A DNA stretch of 64,000 bases from an uncultured Clostridia bacterium. Lineage in GTDB: Bacteria; Bacillota; Clostridia; TANB77; CAG-508. Location of the stretch: positions 8-64,007 of the forward strand of contig CALXPS010000004.1 in NCBI GenBank assembly GCA_944390405.1, read 5' to 3'. The notes beneath the pieces are model-generated. The model saw only the letters and a program-made list of their open reading frames with translations. It was not told the origin of the DNA and did not search any database. The translations under genes were made by a program, and so were the position numbers. Of the stretch, positions 29,500-38,617 are shown piece by piece (the first letter of the stretch is position 1; every line of letters begins with the position of its first letter).

Positions 29500-29533
29500 T
29501 TCACAAAGAGGTTTACAAACAGCTTCGACAGAT

Positions 29534-29752
29534 TTATTGCCGTTCTAAGATTGCTTGTTCTAAATCTCCCTTATTCATTTTATCATGATAAGCTTTAGAT
29601 TTATTAGGAAGATTTCCTCCCGCGTAAAAAAAATTTATATTTCTCCTTAAATATGGTAAAATTAATAATTCTAATTTTCTAGCTTTTGCTATTTCTATTT
29701 CTTCATGTGTGAGATCTTTCATTTCTTCAGTAGACAAATCTAATTTTATCAT
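29534..29752 (-). CDS. Hypothetical 72-aa protein; possible N-terminal fragment of the downstream gene
   Basis: Ends 34 nt before the next ORF start, in a different frame. No recognisable motif. Confidence 0.35.
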   Translation of the reverse strand: MIKLDLSTEEMKDLTHEEIEIAKARKLELLILPYLRRNINFFYAGGNLPNKSKAYHDKMNKGDLEQAILERQ

Positions 29753-29843
29753 GATTCTTCTTCCTCCTGCTTAATTATATCACAAATATTTAATTTTGTC
29801 TAACATTGTTATAAAGATTAATTTTGGAATAATAGAATTGTAT

Positions 29844-29882
29844 CAAAAAATGCACGCTTTTTATTATGTTAAACGTGCATTT
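29844..29882 (-). terminator. Rho-independent terminator after the lipoprotein gene
   Basis: AAATGCACG / CGTGCATTT stem followed by a T-run on the minus strand. Confidence 0.6.
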
Positions 29883-29899
29883 AGTTTATATTTAACTTA

Positions 29900-31126
29900 T
29901 TACTTTTTTTTAAATTCTACATACTGTTTTGTTATTAGATTGTAAGCATTAACGCTTTTTTCCCCATTATCATCTTCTTTTGTTAGATAAATATATTCGC
30001 TATTTATATCACTAGTATCCCAATTAATTGTACCTATTTCTGAGCCATATCCTATTTCTGTTTTACATTCAAGATTTTCATCTAAAATGCAATATCCTTG
30101 TAAGTTACTAATAACTCCTTCACTTGTAAGTAATAAATCTGATGCAATTTCTTCTCTAGGTTCTGCAACTATTTTAAAATCTTTATCTAATGTATATAAG
30201 TAGTCTGTTTTACTTCTTACATAATAAGTACCATCATAATAATAGATTTTTGTTATTCCGCCTTCTTCAAAATTATATACTTCACTACCATCTTTTAAAG
30301 AACAAATTTTACCTCCTGATGTATTGCTTACAAAATAATAATCATCATTTAATACCTCACTTACTCCACCATTTGGTTCAGCATCATAAACAAGGTTAAG
30401 ATTGGTATCATAAATTTTTGATGCTACTATGATATATCCATAGCTAGATTTAATATCTTCTCCTATTGCATATGATTTATCTACATGAACTACCTTTTTT
30501 GTATCAGCATCTATTAAATTGTATCCCTCTTCATCAGAAATATAGAATATTTCGCCTGTTAGCCAACCTGCATAAGTATTCCCATCTACACTAAATATTT
30601 CATTGCCATCGTTATCTAATAACATAGTTTTATAGGATTCACCCGCCAAAGAATCTATTGTTTTCATTGCTATAATATTGCCTTTTTTGCTTATGTTTCC
30701 ATACCTGCAATCTAAACTAGAAGAATATACAATTTCGCCTTTATTATTATATATTTCTCCATCTGAGCTAGAGCTTGTATCTGGTGTTCCTGTATAATTG
30801 TTATACAGCAAATAGCCATTCATAGTAAATAAGTTATTCATAGAATCAGGTCTATCATATTTACTTAAGTTTCCATTTTCATCAGCAATGTAATAATTTG
30901 TGACATTTTCTCCATTTTCCTCTTCAACCACCCTTACAAGAGCAATTCCGTCATTATAATATTGCTCGACAGCACTAATTTGAACAGTTTGCTTTTGTTG
31001 ATTAGCATCTGTTTGAGAATCTCCATTTTCACTTGATACCTCATCATCTTTGCTTCCGCAACCGGTCATACTAAATAACAATATTCCACATAATAAAATC
31101 CACAATATTTTTATTTTTGCTTTCAT
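29900..31126 (-). CDS. Lipoprotein with WG/KWG-like beta-repeat architecture
   Basis: Lipobox LFSMTGC. Repeated '(D/N)xxG.(I/L)...Y' units (DENGNL, NNKGEIVY, DNDGNEIF). Confidence 0.5.
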   Translation of the reverse strand: MKAKIKILWILLCGILLFSMTGCGSKDDEVSSENGDSQTDANQQKQTVQISAVEQYYNDGIALVRVVEEENGENVTNYYIADENGNLSKYDRPDSMNNLFTMNGYLLYNNYTGTPDTSSSSDGEIYNNKGEIVYSSSLDCRYGNISKKGNIIAMKTIDSLAGESYKTMLLDNDGNEIFSVDGNTYAGWLTGEIFYISDEEGYNLIDADTKKVVHVDKSYAIGEDIKSSYGYIIVASKIYDTNLNLVYDAEPNGGVSEVLNDDYYFVSNTSGGKICSLKDGSEVYNFEEGGITKIYYYDGTYYVRSKTDYLYTLDKDFKIVAEPREEIASDLLLTSEGVISNLQGYCILDENLECKTEIGYGSEIGTINWDTSDINSEYIYLTKEDDNGEKSVNAYNLITKQYVEFKKK

Positions 31127-31292
31127 CTTTTTTTTACTCTCCTTTAATATAAATTATATCCATAGTTATATATGTATTTATATGTTTTGTCAAGTATTTT
31201 TATGTTTTTATTACCATTCAGAGTTAAAGACATATAATTCCTGCTTTTTGCTACAAAGTGCTATCAATTCTTTTAGAGTGAATGGTAACCAC

Positions 31293-32045
31293 TTATGATA
31301 CATTCTTTTTCTCAATTAAAATATCTGCAAAGTTTTTTTCTTGATTAGTTTTAATTTTATTTCTTCTACTTAGTTCAAGCACTCCTGAAAATGCTGTTAC
31401 AGTTTCCAGTTTTGTGTATTTTTTATTTGAACATAATTTGTTAAATATAAATTTTTGTTTTTTTATTAATTCTTTAAATATGTCTCTTACTTTACTTGCG
31501 ACTGTTACTGTTTCTAATATTGCAATTTTTTCTATGTTTTTTGCATCTTTGTTTTTCTTGTTTTCATTTTTTTCTATAAGCATTTTATAACTTTCTATTA
31601 TGTCTTCTTTTTTATAATTTTTTTCTAATTTCCTATTTTTTAATTCTATTTTTTCTGGTAATTTAAAAATTCTTTTTGAATATTGTGCATGGTTTTCTCT
31701 CAATGTTTTTATTATTTCTTTATATTTTTTGTATTCTATAATTCTTCTGATTAACTCTTCTTCTGTAATTTCTTCTTCATCTTCTACTTCTTTTGGTAAT
31801 AGACTTTTTGATTTTAGATATACTAATGTGGATAACATAACTATAAATTCGCTGGCAATTTCAAGATTTAATTCTTCCATAGTATTTAAATATTCTATAT
31901 ATTGGTCAGTTATTTCAGTTATATTTACTTTATCTATATCCATTTTATTTTTGTCAACTAAATGGCATAGTAAGTCTAATGGTCCTTCAAAATTTTCTAG
32001 TTTTATATTATATTTTTTAGTTTCTAATGATAATATGTCATTCAT
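31293..32045 (-). CDS. scpA: Segregation and condensation protein A
   Basis: FEGPLDLLCHLVDKNKMDI..V.I.EITDQYIEYL, the N-terminal kleisin motif. Confidence 0.85.
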   Translation of the reverse strand: MNDILSLETKKYNIKLENFEGPLDLLCHLVDKNKMDIDKVNITEITDQYIEYLNTMEELNLEIASEFIVMLSTLVYLKSKSLLPKEVEDEEEITEEELIRRIIEYKKYKEIIKTLRENHAQYSKRIFKLPEKIELKNRKLEKNYKKEDIIESYKMLIEKNENKKNKDAKNIEKIAILETVTVASKVRDIFKELIKKQKFIFNKLCSNKKYTKLETVTAFSGVLELSRRNKIKTNQEKNFADILIEKKNVS

Positions 32046-32104
32046 TTTATGTATTTTTCCTTTCTGTTTAGTTGATTTTTTGAGGGCGATATTAAATCGC
32101 CCAT

Positions 32105-32542
32105 TTATTCTTTTGCCAGTTTTATAGTTTCACTTAAATATCCTTTCTTCTTTAAATACTGTATTATATTATCTTCTTCCATAATTGTTTGTTTTTTTAT
32201 AAAAATATATTTAGCAGATTTTTGTTCATATTCTAACAGTGCTTCTCTATTTTCAAATATGTAATTTTCTATTTTGTCTTTATTTATACCTTTAGATAGC
32301 AATTTATATTCTATTTCTTTTATAGACATATTTTTTAGTCTCATAAATTCTTGCACCGCTTTTTCTATGTATGAATTATCATTAATATAACCATTTTCGC
32401 TTAAGTTTTGTATAACTTCATCAAGCATTTCGTCATTAGCATCTGCAAATTTTCTTCTAACTTCTGCTTCACTTCTTTTTTTATATAACACATATTTTAA
32501 TACTTTTGTTTTTAATTTATCAAATTCTTCTAGCTCCTCCAT
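32105..32542 (-). CDS. recX: RecA regulator RecX
   Basis: Position immediately downstream of recA, with a repeated helical RecX-like pattern (LKYVLYKKRSEAEVRRKF...). Confidence 0.7.
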   Translation of the reverse strand: MEELEEFDKLKTKVLKYVLYKKRSEAEVRRKFADANDEMLDEVIQNLSENGYINDNSYIEKAVQEFMRLKNMSIKEIEYKLLSKGINKDKIENYIFENREALLEYEQKSAKYIFIKKQTIMEEDNIIQYLKKKGYLSETIKLAKE

Positions 32543-32567
32543 AAGAAGTTCCTTTCATCATTTTTTA

Positions 32568-33626
32568 CTATTCCTCTGTTTTTTCTTCTTGTTCTTTACC
32601 TTCTTCATCTTCTCCTAAACTTTTTTTGAATGCTTGCATGAAATTGTCTCTTATTTTAGTTTCTAATTCTTTTGCTACTTCTTGATGCTCTCTTATATAT
32701 TGTTTTGCATTTTCTCTACCTTGTCCAATCTTTTCTCCATTGTAGCTAAACCAAGCTCCTGCTTTTTCTACTAAATTTAAGTTTACTGCTAAGTCTAATA
32801 TATTTCCTTCTTTTGATATTCCTTTACCATAAACTATATCAAATTCTGCTTCTCTAAATGGCGGTGCTACTTTGTTTTTTATTATTTTTACTCTTGCTCT
32901 TGCACCTGTAACTTCTCCATCTACTTTTATGTTTTCAATTTTTCTTATATCTAATCTAACAGAGGCATAGAATTTTAATGCTCTTCCTCCTGGTGTTGTC
33001 TCTGGATTTCCAAACATTATTCCTACTTTTTCTCTTAATTGGTTAATAAATATTATAACTGTTTTTGATTTATTTATTACGCCTGCTAATTTTCTTAATG
33101 CCTGAGACATAAGCCTTGCTTGTAATCCAACATGAGCATCTCCCATGTCACCATCTATTTCTGCTTTTGGAACTAAAGCTGCAACTGAATCTACTACTAT
33201 TATATCTATTGCTCCACTTCTAGTTAAAGCTTCTGCTATTTCTAGTGCTTGTTCACCTGTATCTGGTTGTGATACTATTAAATTATCAATATCTACGCCC
33301 AAATGTTTTGCATACACTGGGTCCAAAGCATGTTCAGCATCTATAAATGCCGCTTCTCCTCCCATTTTTTGTGCTTCTGCAATTGCATGTAATGCTAATG
33401 TTGTTTTACCAGATGATTCTGGTCCAAATATTTCTATAATTCTTCCTCTTGGAATTCCTCCTATTCCAAGTGCTATATCTAAGCTTAATGCTCCTGTTGG
33501 TATAGCTTCTATATTCATTGCTTGATATTCTCCAAGTTTCATTACTGAACCTTTTCCAAATTGTTTTTCAATTTGTCCTAATGCTGCCTCCAATGCCTTT
33601 TTCTTTTCTAAATTATCTGTACTCAT
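32568..33626 (-). CDS. recA: Recombinase A
   Basis: [36 protein letters not shown], and the rest of the RecA core. Confidence 0.97.
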   Translation of the reverse strand: MSTDNLEKKKALEAALGQIEKQFGKGSVMKLGEYQAMNIEAIPTGALSLDIALGIGGIPRGRIIEIFGPESSGKTTLALHAIAEAQKMGGEAAFIDAEHALDPVYAKHLGVDIDNLIVSQPDTGEQALEIAEALTRSGAIDIIVVDSVAALVPKAEIDGDMGDAHVGLQARLMSQALRKLAGVINKSKTVIIFINQLREKVGIMFGNPETTPGGRALKFYASVRLDIRKIENIKVDGEVTGARARVKIIKNKVAPPFREAEFDIVYGKGISKEGNILDLAVNLNLVEKAGAWFSYNGEKIGQGRENAKQYIREHQEVAKELETKIRDNFMQAFKKSLGEDEEGKEQEEKTEE

Positions 33627-33643
33627 AAAATCCTCCTATATTT

Positions 33644-33657
33644 CAAACTTTTGTTTG
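33644..33657. promoter_or_regulatory. Candidate LexA (SOS/Cheo-type) operator upstream of recA
   Basis: CAAAC-N4-GTTTG dyad (minus strand CAAACAAAAGTTTG) between the -10 box and the RBS. It is a one-base-per-arm variant of CGAAC-N4-GTTCG. Confidence 0.4.
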
Positions 33658-33662
33658 CTCAT

Positions 33663-33690
33663 ATTATATAACATTTTTTAAGAATGTCAA
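33663..33690 (-). promoter_or_regulatory. SigA-type promoter of recA
   Basis: Minus strand TTGACA (33690-33685), 16 nt, TATAAT (33668-33663). Confidence 0.5.
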
Positions 33691-33862
33691 TATATTTTAC
33701 AAAAATTTTTCTATTTTTTTCTCCCAATTACTTTTGTATTAATATCACATTTTTTGTCAAAATTCAAGAGGTGAACTTGAATTTTAAAAAACTTGTAGTT
33801 ACTATTTACTCTAAACAATTGATAGCATAAGGGACGTGTAATGCACGCCCCTACAAACAATA

Positions 33863-35248
33863 TTAGAATTCTAACTTTTCATCTATCCATTTTTCCAACT
33901 CATCAATCTTTACTCTTACCTGTTCCATTGTATCCCTATCTCTTATTGTTACTGAATTGTCATTTTCTGTTTCAAAATCCACAGTAATACAGTATGGTGT
34001 ACCTATTTCATCTTCTCTTCTATATCTTTTTCCTATACTTCCTGCTTCATCATATTCACACATATATCTTTTAGATAATTTATCAAATATTTCTTCTGCT
34101 TTTGGACTTAATTTTTTAGATAATGGTAAAACTGCTACTTTATATGGTGCTAATGCTGGATGTAAATGTAATACTGTTCTTACATCTCCTTTAGCTATTT
34201 CTTCTTCATCATATGCATTGCAAAGAAATGCTAAAGCTACTCTATCACATCCTAATGATGGTTCCACACAATATGGTACATATCTTTCTCCTGTTTCTTG
34301 GTCTAAATATGTGAAATCTTCCTTTGAATATTCCATGTGTTGTTTTAAGTCATAATCTGTTCTATCTGCAATTCCCCAAAGTTCTCCCCAGCCAAATGGG
34401 AATAAGAATTCTATGTCTGTTGTACCTTTGCTATAGAAACATAATTCTTCTGGTGAATGATCTCTTAGTCTTATATTTTCTTCTTTTATTCCTAAATTTA
34501 ATAACCAGTTTCTGCAATAATTTCTCCAATATTCAAACCATTCTAAATCTGTTCCTGGTTTGCAGAAAAATTCTAATTCCATTTGTTCAAATTCACGAGT
34601 TCTAAAAGTAAAGTTACCTGGTGTTATTTCATTTCTGAATGCTTTTCCTACTTGTGCTATACCCATTGGTATTTTTCTTCTTGTTGTTCTTAAAACATTT
34701 TTAAAATTTACAAATATACCTTGTGCTGTTTCTGGTCTTAAATATATTTCAGATTTTGAATCTTCTGTTACTCCTTGAAAAGTCTTAAACATAAGATTGA
34801 ATTTTCTAATTGTTGTGAAATCTTTAGCTCCACATTCTGGACATTCTATACCTTTTTCTTGTATAAATTCTACCATTTTTTCATCTGACCAACCATCTAC
34901 AACAGCTTCTTCATTATTTGCCTTTAACCATTCTTCTATCAATTTATCTGCTCTATGTCTGGTTTTACAAGCTTTACAATCTATAAGTGGGTCGCTAAAT
35001 CCTCCTACATGTCCTGATGCTACCCATGTTTGTGGATTCATTAAAATTGCTGCATCTAAGCCAACATTGTATTTATTTTCTTGTACAAACTTTTTCATCC
35101 ATGCTCTCTTTACATTGTTTTTAAATTCTACACCTAAAGGCCCATAATCCCAAGTATTTGACAAGCCTCCATAAATCTCAGACCCTGGATATATATATCC
35201 CCTATTTTTGCATAGATTAACTATTTTTTCCATAGATTTTTCTTTCAT
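33863..35248 (-). CDS. glyQS: Glycine--tRNA ligase (dimeric GlyQS type)
   Basis: [20 protein letters not shown], class II motifs ([21 protein letters not shown]) and an anticodon-binding domain. Confidence 0.95.
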   Translation of the reverse strand: MKEKSMEKIVNLCKNRGYIYPGSEIYGGLSNTWDYGPLGVEFKNNVKRAWMKKFVQENKYNVGLDAAILMNPQTWVASGHVGGFSDPLIDCKACKTRHRADKLIEEWLKANNEEAVVDGWSDEKMVEFIQEKGIECPECGAKDFTTIRKFNLMFKTFQGVTEDSKSEIYLRPETAQGIFVNFKNVLRTTRRKIPMGIAQVGKAFRNEITPGNFTFRTREFEQMELEFFCKPGTDLEWFEYWRNYCRNWLLNLGIKEENIRLRDHSPEELCFYSKGTTDIEFLFPFGWGELWGIADRTDYDLKQHMEYSKEDFTYLDQETGERYVPYCVEPSLGCDRVALAFLCNAYDEEEIAKGDVRTVLHLHPALAPYKVAVLPLSKKLSPKAEEIFDKLSKRYMCEYDEAGSIGKRYRREDEIGTPYCITVDFETENDNSVTIRDRDTMEQVRVKIDELEKWIDEKLEF

Positions 35249-35377
35249 ACTCTCACTTTCCCTTCATAATGCATATTATTTTATAATATTTTTTTAATAT
35301 TAGCAATAGTTTTTTTTAAATATCTAATAAGTTTTCTGTCATATCTTATGTAATCTTTAAGTTGTTTTATATTTTCC

Positions 35378-35396
35378 CTGTGGATACTGTGGATAA
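35378..35396. promoter_or_regulatory. Two abutting DnaA-box-like 9-mers
   Basis: cTGTGGATAC TGTGGATAA is the reverse complement of TTATCCACA (perfect) plus GTATCCACA (one mismatch). It also reads as a tandem CTGTGGATA x2. Confidence 0.45.
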
Positions 35397-35530
35397 CTCT
35401 GTTAATAACTCATTTTAGCGGGTTCGAGTTTTGTCCTTTTTTGTCTTTTTATGTTTTTTTGTCTATATGTTTTTTGTTTTTTGATTATTTTTACTTTTTA
35501 TGTGTACAGTATTTTTGTTTGATTAAATTT

Positions 35531-35818
35531 CTATAAACATATTGCTATTACTACTAAGATTTGGAATATTACAATTGCTGGAAATCCTATTATAAATCTT
35601 GTTTTTTTTGTTTTATGTCTAAAGATATACATACCAGCTATTCCACCAATTCCTCCTCCTAAAAATACTAATGTAAATAAAGTTTTTTCTGATATTCTTC
35701 TTTTAGACTTTTTTGCTTTTTGTTTATCTATATACATTGCTAGCAATGTTATTAAATTTATTGCTATTAAATATATAATAATATTTTTTATTGTAAAAAT
35801 ATTTTTCATTTTTCTCAT
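35531..35818 (-). CDS. DUF1294-family small membrane protein
   Basis: DKQKAKKSKRRISEKTL..L.FLGGGIGGIAGMYIFRHKTKK pattern. Confidence 0.6.
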   Translation of the reverse strand: MRKMKNIFTIKNIIIYLIAINLITLLAMYIDKQKAKKSKRRISEKTLFTLVFLGGGIGGIAGMYIFRHKTKKTRFIIGFPAIVIFQILVVIAICL

Positions 35819-35828
35819 CCTTTTTTCA

Positions 35829-36362
35829 TTAATTTGCTATTATTGAATTCTTTTTAAGTATATTTATAAATATAACCAAATATATTATGCCTATTATAAA
35901 AGCTCCTATTATATCTGTAGCATAATGCACACCTAGATATATTCTACTTATTCCTATAAGGAATATTAATAAAGTTAACAAAATTGTTATACATCTTCTT
36001 AATGCTTTATTTTTTATTTTTTTGTTTGCTATGTATATTAAAAATCCATAAAACCCTGTACCAACCATTGCATGTCCACTAGGAAAGCTATATCCTGTTT
36101 CATATACTAGTCTTAGTATGTCTGGTCTTGGTCTTGCTATTATCATTTTGATTATTACATTTAATAAATAAACTATTGCTAGATTTAGCATAATTATTAA
36201 TGCCATTTTTTTATCTTTTAATAATATGTATAATATAATACATATCAATATTAAAATTGTAGCTGAGCCTAAATGAGAAATAAATGTCATTATAAAAGTG
36301 GTTGGTGTGCTAAGCAACTTGAAAATTAGGTTGTATATGGTCTCATCTATCGCATTTATCAT
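35829..36362 (-). CDS. PAP2-family phosphatase (undecaprenyl-diphosphatase/PgpB-like)
   Basis: PAP2 motifs KMIIARPRP, SFPSGHA, SRIYLGVHYATD. Confidence 0.8.
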   Translation of the reverse strand: MINAIDETIYNLIFKLLSTPTTFIMTFISHLGSATILILICIILYILLKDKKMALIIMLNLAIVYLLNVIIKMIIARPRPDILRLVYETGYSFPSGHAMVGTGFYGFLIYIANKKIKNKALRRCITILLTLLIFLIGISRIYLGVHYATDIIGAFIIGIIYLVIFINILKKNSIIAN

Positions 36363-36380
36363 AAATTACCTCTTTCTATT

Positions 36381-36412
36381 GAAAAAGCGACCATTTATTT
36401 TTGGTCGCCCTC
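36381..36412 (-). terminator. Rho-independent terminator after hup
   Basis: GGGCGACC / GGTCGC stem followed by TTTTT on the minus strand. Confidence 0.7.
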
Positions 36413-36430
36413 TCGTATTTTATATAAACC

Positions 36431-36709
36431 TTATTTTTTGTTTACTAAATCTTTTAATGCTTTACCAGCTTTAAATACTGGAGCTTTTGATGCAGGTATT
36501 CTAATTTCTTCTTTTGTCTGTGGATTTCTACCTTTTCTAGCTGCTCTTTTTCTTACTTCAAAAGAACCAAATCCAACTAATTGAACTTTGTCTCCTTCAA
36601 CTAATGCTTCTGTTACTACATCAACAAATGCATTTACTGATGCTTCTACTCCTTTTTTAGTATCTCCTGTTTTTGCAGCTATTGCTGCGATTAATTCAGC
36701 TTTGTTCAT
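36431..36709 (-). CDS. hup: DNA-binding protein HU
   Basis: [11 protein letters not shown]...[25 protein letters not shown]...[10 protein letters not shown]. Confidence 0.95.
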   Translation of the reverse strand: MNKAELIAAIAAKTGDTKKGVEASVNAFVDVVTEALVEGDKVQLVGFGSFEVRKRAARKGRNPQTKEEIRIPASKAPVFKAGKALKDLVNKK

Positions 36710-36873
36710 TAAAAACTACCTCCTATAAAGTTTGTATTTCCTGTAGAATCATATCTACTAATTAGATAATTCGCCATTTTTAGATAAAATCCTTCTTTTT
36801 TTCCTTTATTGTTTTTCATTTTTTCTTTTAATTTCAATACTTTCAGCAGTCGTGTTTTCTGTAATATGCTATT

Positions 36874-38496
36874 TTACTGCCATTTCGGCTGTCGTGTTTT
36901 ATATACCTTGTTTCCATATGGTAGCATATGTATATCGTCTTTTGAAAGTATTTTTAAAAGAATTAGAAAGATTATATATACTATTATTCCCATTATTAGC
37001 GAAAATATCAAAGTAATGTTTTTTGACCCTAATAATTCAAAATTATTATATATCTGCCATGCAGTTATTATCATAGCTGATGTAGCAATAAACGGTTTTA
37101 TTATAAATTTAGGTATATTAAATCTAATCTTTATATATTTTCTCAGATAATATAAGTTTATGCTAAATATAACTATATTACTAATTATTGTTGATATAAT
37201 AGCTCCTTTTATATTTAATTCTTCAATTGGTAGTAATATCATATTAAATATTAATTTAACAACTGACCCTATGGCAACTGCTATAACTGTTTCTTTTACT
37301 CTTTGAAGTCCTTGTAATACACCCCCTATTGTTTGTGTTACTGCAACAAAAACTATGCTTAATGAACATATTTTTAGCATTGTTGCTCCTAAATATGCAT
37401 TTGGGAATAATAATTTTAATATTTGTTCTGCAAAAGTAAAGAGAATTGCTGCAAAAGGTAAACTTATTAGTATTGTTGCTAAGATAGAAAAACTTACTCT
37501 TTTTATGTTTTTCTCTGTTTCTCCCCTTGCCTGAGCTGCTGAAATTGCTGGTATTAAGTTTACTGCAAATGCCATATTAAATGAATATGGTAAAATTACT
37601 AAACTTTCTACTTTACCTGTTAAAATACCATATTGTTTTGTTGCTTCATCTATCCCCATAAATTTGCTAATTGTATTAACAGTTGTAAAAGCATCAATTG
37701 TTTTATTTGTAGATGACAATAATCCACCTATTGCTATAGGGAAAAATAAACACAATATGCTCATTACTATTTTTCTTATACTTTCTTTTTCTTTTATTAC
37801 CGATGTTACAACATCTTTCCATATTTCTTTTTTGTTTTTTATGTATGAAATATATAAATACATAAAGCTAAAGAAAGTTGCTGCTGTTGTAGCAATTGCG
37901 GCAGATGCTACCATTACTATCGTGTTATTTTTGGAAATGATACAGAAAATTTCTACTGCTATTATTGTTAAAACTGTTTTTAGTATCTGCTCCGTTGACT
38001 GTGATGTAGCAGTAACAGAAATTTTTTCTCTTCCATTGAAATATCCTTTTAATACTGCTGAAATAGCTACAATAAATACTGATGGCGATAGTGCCATTAT
38101 AACTGTTTCAGCTTCTGGTATTCCTAAAAATACATTTGCTATTCGGTTTGCATTAAAGAATAATATTGATGTTCCTATAAAGCCTATTAGTCCAAATATT
38201 GAAATAGCCACTTTAAATATTCTATATGCTCCTCTGTTATCACCAACTGCTGCTTTACTTGATATTAATTGAGATATTGCATTTGGTACACCAATAGATG
38301 ATATTGCTAAAAACATTGCATATATTTGAAATCCTGCAGAATATATTGCATTACCTGTATCACCAAAGCCTTCTTTATTAGTAAGATAAATTTTATATAA
38401 AAGTCCTGCTATTTTTATTATAAACTGAGATAACATTAAGATTATTACACCATGCATGAAGCCTTGCTTATTTTTTTTCAAGTATCTTGCCCCCAT
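36874..38496 (-). CDS. MOP-superfamily flippase (SpoVB/MurJ-like polysaccharide biosynthesis protein)
   Basis: 540 aa, about 14 TM helices, N-terminal 'G..IL..S.F..K..G.LY.I.L.N..G..G.....AGF.IY' pattern of SpoVB-like proteins. Confidence 0.65.
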   Translation of the reverse strand: MGARYLKKNKQGFMHGVIILMLSQFIIKIAGLLYKIYLTNKEGFGDTGNAIYSAGFQIYAMFLAISSIGVPNAISQLISSKAAVGDNRGAYRIFKVAISIFGLIGFIGTSILFFNANRIANVFLGIPEAETVIMALSPSVFIVAISAVLKGYFNGREKISVTATSQSTEQILKTVLTIIAVEIFCIISKNNTIVMVASAAIATTAATFFSFMYLYISYIKNKKEIWKDVVTSVIKEKESIRKIVMSILCLFFPIAIGGLLSSTNKTIDAFTTVNTISKFMGIDEATKQYGILTGKVESLVILPYSFNMAFAVNLIPAISAAQARGETEKNIKRVSFSILATILISLPFAAILFTFAEQILKLLFPNAYLGATMLKICSLSIVFVAVTQTIGGVLQGLQRVKETVIAVAIGSVVKLIFNMILLPIEELNIKGAIISTIISNIVIFSINLYYLRKYIKIRFNIPKFIIKPFIATSAMIITAWQIYNNFELLGSKNITLIFSLIMGIIVYIIFLILLKILSKDDIHMLPYGNKVYKTRQPKWQ

Positions 38497-38617
38497 TCCC
38501 GTGTATTAATACAATTTTATGGTGTTTTTTGGAATAAAATTCCTAAAAGTACTTGTTTTTTTTTTGATTTTATAGGATAATATATAGTGTAGGATATATT
38601 AATTGGAGGAATTAAAC

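Noticed and set aside
31127-31292. Missing scpB downstream of scpA
   Set aside because: scpA is followed by a lipoprotein gene rather than scpB. Absence from a 64-kb window says nothing about the genome, because scpB may be elsewhere (rluB, its usual neighbour, is also relocated).
35249-35530. Possible replication origin (tandem DnaA boxes plus an AT-rich, T-tract-rich 280-bp spacer)
   Set aside because: Only two boxes are present, with no dnaA/dnaN/rpmH neighbourhood. Gene orientation is minus on both sides, so there is no strand switch of the kind expected at oriC.
35249-35530. T-box leader upstream of glyQS (also looked for upstream of proS at 55850-55953)
   Set aside because: No T-box consensus (AANNNGGGTGGTACCGCG, or its complement on the plus strand) and no specifier/antiterminator-like structure was seen. 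The proS leader is only about 100 nt long.
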